From: an uncultured Planctomycetota bacterium
GTDB taxonomy: Bacteria; Planctomycetota; Planctomycetia; Isosphaerales; Isosphaeraceae
Direction: 5' to 3'
NCBI GenBank assembly: GCA_963818265.1
Contig: CAWFRS010000005.1
Location: 1,628,587 to 1,692,586 of the forward strand
Length of the DNA stretch: 64,000 nucleotides
In this document: one piece after another, positions 41,219 through 49,308 of the stretch
How positions within the stretch are numbered: position 1 is the stretch's first letter
How the letters are laid out: every line of letters starts with the position of its first letter
Made by a program: the position numbers and the translations under genes
Notes under the pieces: generated by a model
Told to the model about the DNA's origin: nothing
Database searches by the model: none
The model's input: the letters and a program-made list of their open reading frames with translations, nothing else

Positions 41219-42137
41219 TGCTTTTCCGGCCCGCGTCAAAAAATCGTCCTCCGGACACTTTCGCTGAGGGCGCACGGGCCGCGCGGCACGATATTCGAAT
41301 CTTGATCATACCGAAACGGGGTTTTCTTGAGCAAGAGGCGCCGTCCTCGGGCTGCGATTCAGACATGAGCGCCGGTGCCTTCGAGAGCCACGAGGCCGCC
41401 GCTGGCTGTGTGGATTGCTCGGCGGCATTCCCCCCGAGGTGCTCTCACCTTGAGCTGACTCGTCGATGGCGAATGTTTAATAGCGTGGCTCATTGCGCCG
41501 CCGGATTTGCCGCCGGCTCATTTCGTATCAGGAGAGCTATGCGATGCCTTTCCCCGCGTGCGTGTGGCGGAAACGGCGCGATCCCTCAGTTTGGAGTACG
41601 GTCTTCGGCCACGAGGCCGACCGCGACCGGCCTGAGGATAAATTGCCTAAATTGCCCGGAGATCGGAGATATTTAGCAATGTCCCCCTGGTGCCCTAGTG
41701 GACGACGCAACTCGCACGCGCAAACGTGTTGAGATGCACCCCCCTCGCGCGTCAAGCTAAAATAAGAGTCCAGGCTTGAGGCTTGACACCGCGACGAAGC
41801 CGACAGGGAACGTCGTACACGATACGGCTTGGGACGCAGTCAATCCTCGACTGATATTGTATCAACGTTCGCTATCACGCCTCGATGTCGGGCCGCATTC
41901 TCGCGCACGTCGCACGTCTGATTTCACAATTCCAAGAAAGTTCTTCGTTTCGCGCCAGATCTCACCGCGAATCGGCAATCTAGCATTAGAGTCCACGACC
42001 AATATGCGCCCTGCGCCCAGCCAGGTGCCTGCTATCCACGGAGGATTTGGTTGGTCTCCCGTCACGCCGCAGGGCTTGATCGTCGACTCAAAAACGTAGG
42101 TGCGTCTGCTACTTCGACCAACACATGGGAGTGCTCG

Positions 42138-42925
42138 ATGAACCGACATACATTCATTACGGCTATGGGCGCGGCGATGGTTCTGGGCTTCGCGACGCCG
42201 CCGGCCGGTGCGGTTGCCGTCCGAGTCCAGGTCGGGTTTTCAGCGGCGCCGACGATCAACGGGGGCACGCTCAACGCAGCAGCGCCATCGCCGACGGGGG
42301 CCGGGAACAATTCAACAGGTTTTCTTGACGTCGCGGGAGATTTCAGTTTCACCGCCGCGCCTCATCAACGACGACCATAACCTACACGGCCTTCCTCAAA
42401 TTTACCGTCTTCGGAGTGGTCGCGGGCGACTTCGATCTAAACTCCTCGATCAATGGGTATTTCGCCACCGAGAGCACTGGAAACCAAATCTTGTTGACTC
42501 AGTATTCAACCGACAACTTTCTGTTTATTAATAACGCGCTAGTGGGCCAGGTTGAGGTCGGATCGCCCGGGCCAGGCGGGCTCGCCAGACTGTTGCCATT
42601 CGTAACGCCGGGTAGCTTCACACCGTCAGACCCGCCCGCGCTCGAGGAGTCGGCATCCAAATCGTTCGGCAATTTTTTTGCGGCAGCCACGACGATTGAG
42701 ATGGATCAACATTTGACACTGTCGTTTTCGGGCCTTCATCCCGGAAATGTGGTCGACGTTGACTTTCCGAATTCGACGACCGTGAGCTTTTCCGCGGTGC
42801 CCGAGCCCCCCTCGCTGCTGCTGGGAGTGATCGGTGGAGTCGGAATGGCGGGTGTTGTCACTCATCGTCGCCGCCGCCGAGGAGCACCATCATGGAGCCA
42901 CGGCCGACCGAATCCTGACGAATAA
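42138..42925 (+). CDS. PEP-CTERM-anchored secreted protein, frame break near 42360
   Basis: Signal peptide MNRHTFITAMGAAMVLGFATPPAGA; C-terminus ...SAVPEPPSLLLGVIGGVGMAGVVTHRRRRR. The two ORFs (42051-42380 and 42416-42925) are one frame step apart and join as ...GDFSFTAAP/SSTTTITYTAFLKFTVFGVVAGDFDL. Confidence 0.7.
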
Positions 42926-43054
42926 AGAGAAATAAGAGGTCTTTCGGGCGACTGCCATCGAGCCGCTGTCCCCTTCCCGCCGCTTGGCGGATGAACGCCG
43001 CTATTTTCTAAACTCGCAAGGCAATGTCGCCGCGGGCATTGTGCCGTCCCGGAA

Positions 43055-43098
43055 CGCCGGGGGTCCGGAGCGCCGGGGGTCAGACCTAGGAACAAGTT
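43055..43098. repeat. Left flank of the RAYT gene: 2 REP-like units plus a 27-bp terminal inverted repeat
   Basis: CGCCGGGGGTC occurs at 43055-43065 and 43071-43081. CGCCGGGGGTCAGACCTAGGAACAAGTT (43071-43098) is the reverse complement of 44124-44150, bar 1 nt at the outer end. Confidence 0.8.
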
Positions 43099-43140
43099 TT
43101 TTCCTTGCCGTCGGGTGCCGGGCGTAGTCCAATGGAGGGC

Positions 43141-44112
43141 ATGGCACGACGCTTACGCCTTCAGTACCCCGGCGCGATTTACCACCTGATGGCTCGCGGC
43201 AATGGCCGTCAGGAGATCGTCTGCGATGACGCAGACCGACGCCGGCTTCAAGAGGACCTCGGCAAGGCAGCGATTCGCTGCTCGTGGCGTGTCTATGCTT
43301 TTGCCATCATGTCAAACCATCTACACATTGTGCTCAAGACTCCTCAACCCAACTTGGCCCGGGGGATGCAGGCGTTTTTGTCCGGCTATGCCAACGTGTG
43401 GGCGCATCGCCATCAGTTTTCCGGGCATGTTTTCCAGGGCCGGTATCGGACCGAGCTGGTGGAGGATGAGACGTACCTCTGGGCGGTAACGCGATACGTG
43501 CACCTCAATCCGGTTCGAGCGAAGATCGTGGAGCACCCGGCGGCCTGGGGCTGGTCGAGTTATCCCGGGTATGCTCGTCGCGCACGCCGGTTGGAGTGGT
43601 TGGCTTACGACGACCTGCTGGCGTCGTGGACCGGTGCGTTCGGTGGGTCGGACCCGGCGGGAGCCTACCGCCGGTATGTGACGGAGGGTTTGACTGATCC
43701 GCCTGAGTCACCATGGAAGGATGCATACCAGGGTTGGGTCCTCGGCAGTGGAGCGTTCATCGACCGGGTCAAGGCGATGGTGCGTGGTGAACCTCCCCGC
43801 AAGCGACGCCGGGAATCACGGCTCATGCTCAGCGTGCCGCTCGCGCGAATTATTGAGGTTGTCTGCGCCTTTTATGTGGTCGAGCCCACGGAACTAAGCC
43901 AGCGAGGAAGTCGCCTTCCCGCACGAGCGGCGCTAGTCTATCTCGCAAGAAGACACAGTTTGGCGACCAATGCAGAGCTCGCGGCCGTGCTGGGGCTGTC
44001 GCGAGCCGAAAGTGTGCCCAACCTGACCCGGCGATTTAGTGACTGGTTATCGGCCGATGCGAAAATCCGCAAGCAGTTGAGAAGTCTGGAAGAGATGCTG
44101 CAAGGGCCGTGA
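43141..44112 (+). CDS. REP-associated tyrosine (Y1, IS200-like) transposase with a C-terminal DnaA-C-like HTH
   Basis: MARRLRLQYPGAIYHLMARGNGRQEIV...YAFAIMSNHLHIVLKTP...FQGRYRTELVEDETYLWAVTRYVHLNPVRA carries the HUH (HLH) and Y motifs of Y1 transposases. The C-terminus ...ARAALVYLARRHSLATNAELAAVLGLSRAESV follows. Alternative starts are at 43132 and 43105. Confidence 0.75.
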   Translation: MARRLRLQYPGAIYHLMARGNGRQEIVCDDADRRRLQEDLGKAAIRCSWRVYAFAIMSNHLHIVLKTPQPNLARGMQAFLSGYANVWAHRHQFSGHVFQGRYRTELVEDETYLWAVTRYVHLNPVRAKIVEHPAAWGWSSYPGYARRARRLEWLAYDDLLASWTGAFGGSDPAGAYRRYVTEGLTDPPESPWKDAYQGWVLGSGAFIDRVKAMVRGEPPRKRRRESRLMLSVPLARIIEVVCAFYVVEPTELSQRGSRLPARAALVYLARRHSLATNAELAAVLGLSRAESVPNLTRRFSDWLSADAKIRKQLRSLEEMLQGP

Positions 44113-44123
44113 ATGACCTGAAT

Positions 44124-44200
44124 AACTTGTTCCTAGGTCTGACCCCGGCGCGATGGACCCCGGCGCGATGGACCCCGGCGCAATGGACCCCGGCGCGATG
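44124..44200. repeat. Right flank of the RAYT gene: inverted-repeat partner plus 4 x 15-bp tandem REP-like units
   Basis: AACTTGTTCCTAGGTCTGACCCCGGCG (44124-44150), then GACCCCGGCGCGATG x4 (44141-44200, third unit ...GCAATG). Confidence 0.85.
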
Positions 44201-44218
44201 CGGCTGGAAACAGCGTGA

Positions 44219-44470
44219 TCAGCGTGTCGCATCGGCGGCCGCCTGGCCCGCTTTTCGCGGCCGGCCTTCCGGGCGAATAGTCTGCTCCAGGCCGAGATTC
44301 TTGACCGTTTGCCGCACCCAGTCGTCGCCGCCGTAGGGTCGTCCTCGGTCGATGCTCACACGCAGCCGGTCCAGTTCCTTCGCGGTCAACCGGGCATTCA
44401 CGCGAGCCCTCCAGGTCGCCGGCCGTTCCACCGGCCAGGGCGACAGCAAAGCCTTGATCGTCTCCGTGCC
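44219..44470 (-). pseudogene. 5'-truncated remnant resembling the C-terminal tail of planctomycete IS200-like/RAYT-like proteins
   Basis: ...LSPWPVERPATWRARVNARLTAKELDRLRVSIDRGRPYGGDDWVRQTVKNLGLEQTIRPEGRPRKAG. It has no N-terminal catalytic part, and the reading frame starts inside the nested-repeat element. Family assignment is from memory and needs a search. Confidence 0.35.
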
Positions 44471-44556
44471 CCTCTCAAAACTAGAATGACCCCATTGCCT
44501 CCCCAACTAGAATGACCCCATTGCCTCCTGACCCCATTGCCTCCCCATTGCCTCCT
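44470..44556. repeat. Nested-repeat element, copy A
   Basis: CCCTCTCAAAACTAGAATGACCCCATTGCCTCC CC AACTAGAATGACCCCATTGCCTCC TGACCCCATTGCCTCC CCATTGCCTCC. The unit is repeated with progressively shorter 5' ends. Confidence 0.8.
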
Positions 44557-44695
44557 CCGAACATGGCATTCGGTGTCAATTTGGTTTTTCCTGCGAAGAC
44601 GCGCACCGTTCAAAAGGGTGTCCACATTGCCCGTCCCAGCATTGCGCGCTAAAATAAGGACCATAACCAGCCGACAATGTGGGATAGGTAGACGT

Positions 44696-45022
44696 ATGAC
44701 GCACATCGATTTCAACCACCTTCTGAGCAGCCTTGACGCCCTGTCGCCGGCGCAGGCGCGGCAGCTTCGCCAGCAGCTTGACCGTCGGCTCGCTCAGCCG
44801 ACGAAGCTGGCCGGCAAGGTAGCTAAACGTGCCAGGAGCGCCCCGTCTCAAGCCAAGAAGGCACTGACCCTGGACGAAATCCACCGGCAGATGCTGGCCA
44901 GCGGTCTCCTCACGTCGCTTCCCGACCCCGCCCTGGACATCGACGACAACGACGCGGATGACCAGCCCGTCCCCATCAAGGGTGAGCCGCTATCAGAAAC
45001 CATCCTCCGCGAGCGGCGCTGA
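44696..45022 (+). CDS. Type II antitoxin (VapB-like partner of the PIN toxin)
   Basis: MTHIDFNHLLSSLDALSPAQARQLRQQL...PIKGEPLSETILRERR*. The stop is 1 nt before the toxin start. It has an acidic C-terminal region. Confidence 0.6.
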   Translation: MTHIDFNHLLSSLDALSPAQARQLRQQLDRRLAQPTKLAGKVAKRARSAPSQAKKALTLDEIHRQMLASGLLTSLPDPALDIDDNDADDQPVPIKGEPLSETILRERR

Positions 45023-45023
45023 G

Positions 45024-45491
45024 GTGGCCAACGCCTACTTCGTTGACTCGAGTGCCCTGGTCAAACGCTACGTCCAGGAGACTGGCACGTTCTGGGTGCG
45101 TGGCATTACACGCCGCAGCCCATCCACGGTGATCTATGTCGCCCGCATCACCGCCGTCGAGGTCTCGTGCGCGATCGCCCGCCGCCGCAAGGGAAGAACG
45201 CTGACGCAGCAACGCGCGTCGTCGATCCTCCACCGCTTCCGCCAGCACCTCGCCGGTCGGTATAACGTCGCCCAGATAACGACCAACCTGCTGGACGACG
45301 CCGCACGGCCAGGGGTCAAGCACGCGCTCCGTGCTTACGACGCCGTGCAGCTCGCCGTGGCTCTGGAAGTCAACCGCTTCCATCAAGCAGGAGGCTCCGC
45401 ACCCGTTACCCTCGTGTCCGCCGACCAGGCCCTCAACGACGCCGCCGTCGCCGAAGGTCTAACCGTCGACGATCCGCGAACGCATCCTTGA
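45024..45491 (+). CDS. vapC: PIN-domain ribonuclease toxin (VapC family)
   Basis: The GTG at 45024 gives VANAYFVDSSALVKRYVQE...AYDAVQLAVAL...LVSADQALNDAA, with conserved acidic PIN residues (D, E, D, D). Confidence 0.75.
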   Translation: MANAYFVDSSALVKRYVQETGTFWVRGITRRSPSTVIYVARITAVEVSCAIARRRKGRTLTQQRASSILHRFRQHLAGRYNVAQITTNLLDDAARPGVKHALRAYDAVQLAVALEVNRFHQAGGSAPVTLVSADQALNDAAVAEGLTVDDPRTHP

Positions 45492-45528
45492 TCGCGTCAA
45501 ATAAACACAAGTAAGCTGATACGTCGAG

Positions 45529-46029
45529 TCAGGCCAGGTGATACCAGGGGACGCTCGTCGCGAAGGAAATGACCAGGCCGACTCCGAAGGATCGGCCTGA
45601 ACCTTCGATCCATCCCGGTTCGGCACGGGAACGATGATGGCGGCACGCCGCACTCCACGACCAGCCGAGAGCAAGGGCGACGATCAGGTTCATCGGAGAG
45701 TCGAACGGGACGAACGCGGGCCGGGTCAGCGAGAGGGTCGAGAGTCCAATCAGGAGAACGAGCATACCTGGCTGCCGCATCAGCTCCGACGTCGGTAGGC
45801 GGGGCGGTATCAAACGGATCCAGACATAGGCCACGGCGAGCATCAAGATGGCCCTGGTCAAGCTAATCTGGATACTACCGGCGTAGATGTACCAGGGAAT
45901 GCCTATCGTGCTGGCCATCCCGAACTTTTGGAGGTCGGCCCATACGATACGCGTCTGGGCCATCCAGCCCGCCGCCGCGGCAGTCAGGATCATGGCATCG
46001 ATCAGTTTGAACGGCCGGCAGTGCGGCAT
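45529..46029 (-). CDS. Hypothetical membrane protein (4-5 hydrophobic segments)
   Basis: The 166-aa ORF contains hydrophobic helices (ILTAAAAGWMAQ, ILMLAVAYVWIRLI, MLVLLIGLSTLSL, LIVALALGWSWSAA). I recognise no family. Confidence 0.4.
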   Translation of the reverse strand: MPHCRPFKLIDAMILTAAAAGWMAQTRIVWADLQKFGMASTIGIPWYIYAGSIQISLTRAILMLAVAYVWIRLIPPRLPTSELMRQPGMLVLLIGLSTLSLTRPAFVPFDSPMNLIVALALGWSWSAACRHHRSRAEPGWIEGSGRSFGVGLVISFATSVPWYHLA

Positions 46030-46478
46030 GGCGATCCTCGAGCGATCGGGCGTCCACCTGGAGATTTCAGGATAATCATCGGTCGTCCGCGGGCCTGGTT
46101 GCTCGTACGTGTTCGGTTTTCTGTCCCGTTACGACCCTCGCCCCCGATCCCGGTCGGTCAACTCGTCCGGCCTGACGCAGGCCGAGACTGGAACTCTCTC
46201 CATTTCTGGGGCGGATTCCCGTCGATATCGGTAGTGGATAGGAACGCAACGCCGGGAAAGAACGCAGCGCTGAGAGAGGCAATGCGCGACGCGAATTGTC
46301 CGTGGGCAATATCGAGAAATGCCGCTCCTCGATAGAAACATGGCGATACGCGGTGATTCCGAGCGGCCAGGAAGCACGCGGAGACCGGCACCGCAACGAC
46401 GCGATATGCAAAGCCGCCAAAATAACTTGGCGTCATCCCTGATTCGCAATCGGAACACTATTGGAGTCACTGTTCTTG

Positions 46479-46545
46479 CCCTCTCAAAACTAGAATGACC
46501 CCATTGTTCGAACTAGAATGACCCCATTGTTCGACCATTGTTCGG
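46479..46545. repeat. Nested-repeat element, copy B, 16 nt from the last CRISPR repeat
   Basis: CCCTCTCAAAACTAGAATGACCCCATTGTTCG AACTAGAATGACCCCATTGTTCG ACCATTGTTCG. The first 28 nt are identical to copy A (44470-44497). Confidence 0.8.
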
Positions 46546-46561
46546 TGGTTTACACGATCAC

Positions 46562-46958
46562 GTTTCAATCCGCCCCCGGCGCTGAGGCCGGGAGGAACGC
46601 CGGGTGCGACGGGATTGAACTTGCAAGGCAGGTTGTTTCAATCCGCCCCCGGCGCTGAGGCCGGGAGGAACCGAGCCAGACACGGCACCGGGCCGCCGAG
46701 GTCAAAGTTTCAATCCGCCCCCGGCGCTGAGGCCGGGAGGAACGCGCTTTGCAGCGCGGCCCCGTATATAGCTATACAGGTTTCAATCCGCCCCCGGCGC
46801 TGAGGCCGGGAGGAACTCCAGCGCATCAACACCGGCCAGACGGTGCCGTGGTTTCAATCCGCCCCGGCGCTGAGGCCGGGAGGAACTCGACTTTCGTGAT
46901 GACGCTTCCATCGGGCAGGATGTTTCAATCCGCCCCCGGCGCTGAGGCCGGGAGGAAC
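46562..46958 (-). CRISPR. CRISPR array, trailer-end segment (6 repeats, 5 spacers) cut off by IS21 copy 2
   Basis: Repeats start at 46562, 46635, 46707, 46780, 46851 (36 nt, one C missing) and 46922. Spacers are 34-36 nt. Confidence 0.95.
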
Positions 46959-47025
46959 TGTCAGGCGACACTAATTTTGACCCCCTCGAACCTGTACTGA
47001 ACCCCACTGCCAGCATGCCTGGATG

Positions 47026-47892
47026 TTATCGGTTCTTGTCGCCTTTTGCGGTCGGTTTTTCTGTCCGTACCTCCGGCTCGCGTTGGGTCGGATCGGGATC
47101 GGCAGTCGCCAACCTCGATCGGATCAAGCCGCTCTTGCGCTTTTCTCTTAATCGATAACTTTCTCCTGTGATCATCAGTGTGTGGCTATGATGAAGCAGT
47201 CTGTCCAAGATCGCTGTCGCCAGGACTTCATCTCCGAAGACGATTCCCCATTCCGAAACCCGCTGGTTCGTCGTCACCAGCAGGCTCCCCTTCTCGTATC
47301 GGCGGTTCACCAACTGGAAAAACAGGTGTGCCGCCCGCCGCTCGAACGGTAAATAGCCGAGCTCGTCGATGATCAACAAGCGGGGCTTGGAATACTCGGT
47401 CAGCTTCTCATTCAGGCTCCCTTCTGTTTCGGCTTTCCCCAGGTTCGCCAGCAGCGCCGTGGCTGTGGTGAATCGGACCGTGTGGCCCTGCTCGACAACC
47501 TTGCGGCCCAAGCCAATGGCCAGATGCGACTTCCCTACACCAGGAGGTCCAAACATCAGCACGTTTTCACCATGAGCAATGAAGTTTCCCGTGCACAACT
47601 CTCGGATCAACCGCTCGTCCGCCGATGGCTGAAACGAGAAATCAAAACCCTCGATGGTCCGCACGCATGGGAAATGCGCGATCTGTAAACCCATGCGGAT
47701 CCGCTTCCCCTGCTTGGCGTCCACCTCACGCCCCAGGATCTGTTCGAGGAACTCCAAATAGGTCCACTCTTGCTTGGCTGCCTGCGACAATACCGACGCC
47801 AGCGTTTCGCGCAGGTGAGTCAACTGAAGCCGCTTCATTGCCGCGAAAACCCGCTCCTCTCGTGGGTCGTCGGCCTCGCTCAGCGTGCTCAT
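47026..47892 (-). CDS. istB: IS21 helper ATPase IstB (copy 2)
   Basis: 288 aa, near-identical to 17659-18525. Confidence 0.9.
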   Translation of the reverse strand: MSTLSEADDPREERVFAAMKRLQLTHLRETLASVLSQAAKQEWTYLEFLEQILGREVDAKQGKRIRMGLQIAHFPCVRTIEGFDFSFQPSADERLIRELCTGNFIAHGENVLMFGPPGVGKSHLAIGLGRKVVEQGHTVRFTTATALLANLGKAETEGSLNEKLTEYSKPRLLIIDELGYLPFERRAAHLFFQLVNRRYEKGSLLVTTNQRVSEWGIVFGDEVLATAILDRLLHHSHTLMITGESYRLREKRKSGLIRSRLATADPDPTQREPEVRTEKPTAKGDKNR

Positions 47893-49128
47893 GGGCAGCC
47901 TCCTTCCACCACCTCGGAATAGATCGACAACGGCCGCGATACGGGATTAGAAATGAACTCGGAATGAGTCGGGGTCTGACTCTCCGCCTCCCGCCGGAAC
48001 AGCCCCTCGAAGTGACTGGAATTGCGAACCCACGCGTGGGGCTCGAAGCTTCTCACGTGCTGCGCGATGCAATTCCCGCGAAGCCAGATCTCGACCTTCG
48101 CCTGCTCAATCACGACTTCCACGGTCTCGCGAACATGCTGATAGGGCACGCTATATCGAATTGTATCGATATCAACAAAGCAGTCTGTGCTGACGCGACG
48201 TTTCAAGCGGCGGGTGCGAACGGCCAGGGGGCGTACCGGCAGAGGGCGCAAGGCGTGTTGCTCGTCTCGCTCGAAGCGAACGGCGGGCCGTTCCTTGGTG
48301 GTGCCGTGAATCCGACGATCGGCGACCTCGACCATCCAAGTCGCCAGGTGACGCTCCAACCCCTCGAACGAGTTGAACGATCGCCCAGCCAAGGCGTTGT
48401 GCTTGACATAGCCAACACCGCGTTCGATCTTCCCCTTGGTGCGGGCACGACGAGGGCGACAGGCCTTGGGCGTCAATCCACGATCGCGGCAGAATATCTC
48501 GAATCCTGGATTCCAGACCACATGGCCGGACTCACGATCGTGGGACGTGACCAGAGGCGAAGCGTTGTCGCAGAGCACTTGCTCGGTGAGGCCGCCGAAG
48601 TGCCGGAAGGCCCCATCGAGCCCCTCGAGCCAGTCGTCCTGCCGCTGCGCCAGAAACGCCCGGCAGTAGAGCCGCCGCGAGTATCCCAGGACCGCGGTCA
48701 TCAGGTAAACCTTGACCGGTTGCCCGTTGATCCGCACGACCTTCTCGCCGAAATCGATCTGGATCTGTTGGCCCGGCGGGGTCTCGAACCGAACCGTGGC
48801 CAGAGCCTCAGCCCGTTGCGCCTGGCGAAGCGGGCCGACAGCGCGTTGCAATGTTCGTAGCTCGACGTGCAACCCTTGGCGGGCCAATTCCTGTTGAACG
48901 ACGACCGTGTTTCCCTCGGCGACCGTGCCGAAAAGGTCCTGGACTTCACGAAGCGCGACGGCGTCGAGCCGACGAGCGGCAGGGCGTTCTTGAAAACCGA
49001 CCGTGGCTCCAGCGAGATAGCGGCGGACGGAGTTGCGGGAGATCCCCAACTGTCGAGCGATCCGTTTGCTTCCGAGCCCTTGGCCGGAGAGGCTCGCGGA
49101 TTCGATCCACGATTTCCGGTTTGACCAT
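47889..49128 (-). pseudogene. istA: IS21 transposase IstA (copy 2), frameshifted in the N-terminal HTH
   Basis: An extra G at about 49091 (GGCCGGAGAGGCTCGCGG versus GGCCGGAGAGCTCGCGG in copy 1) changes MVKPEIVDRIRELSGQGLG... to MVKPEIVDRIREPLRPR.... This could also be a sequencing error. Confidence 0.6.
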
Positions 49129-49308
49129 CTTGGTGTCCTCCTGCGTAGGCCGCAGGTGAACACGCGTTGCGTCCGGCTGGTCCGCCTGCGAGTCATGCAG
49201 GTTGACCAAATTCGAGTCGACCTTGTCCATAGACCCTCCCTAGTCAAGCGTATAGGCGGGGGTCAGTTTTAGTGTCGCCAGGGGGGTCAGTTTTAGTGTC
49301 GCCTGACA

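Larger units (their letters stand above)
46959..49308 (-). mobile_element. IS21-family insertion sequence, copy 2 (2350 bp), inserted in the CRISPR array
   Basis: It has the same ends as copy 1. A 5-bp duplication GGAAC (the last 5 nt of the repeat on the plus strand) lies at 46954-46958 and 49309-49313. By eye it differs from copy 1 at about 10 positions plus a 1-nt insertion. Confidence 0.9.

Noticed and set aside
46076-46470. Three overlapping minus-strand ORFs (92-114 aa) between the membrane protein gene and nested-repeat copy B
   Set aside because: All three frames are open over the same DNA, none has recognisable features, and I cannot choose among them. I left the region unannotated.
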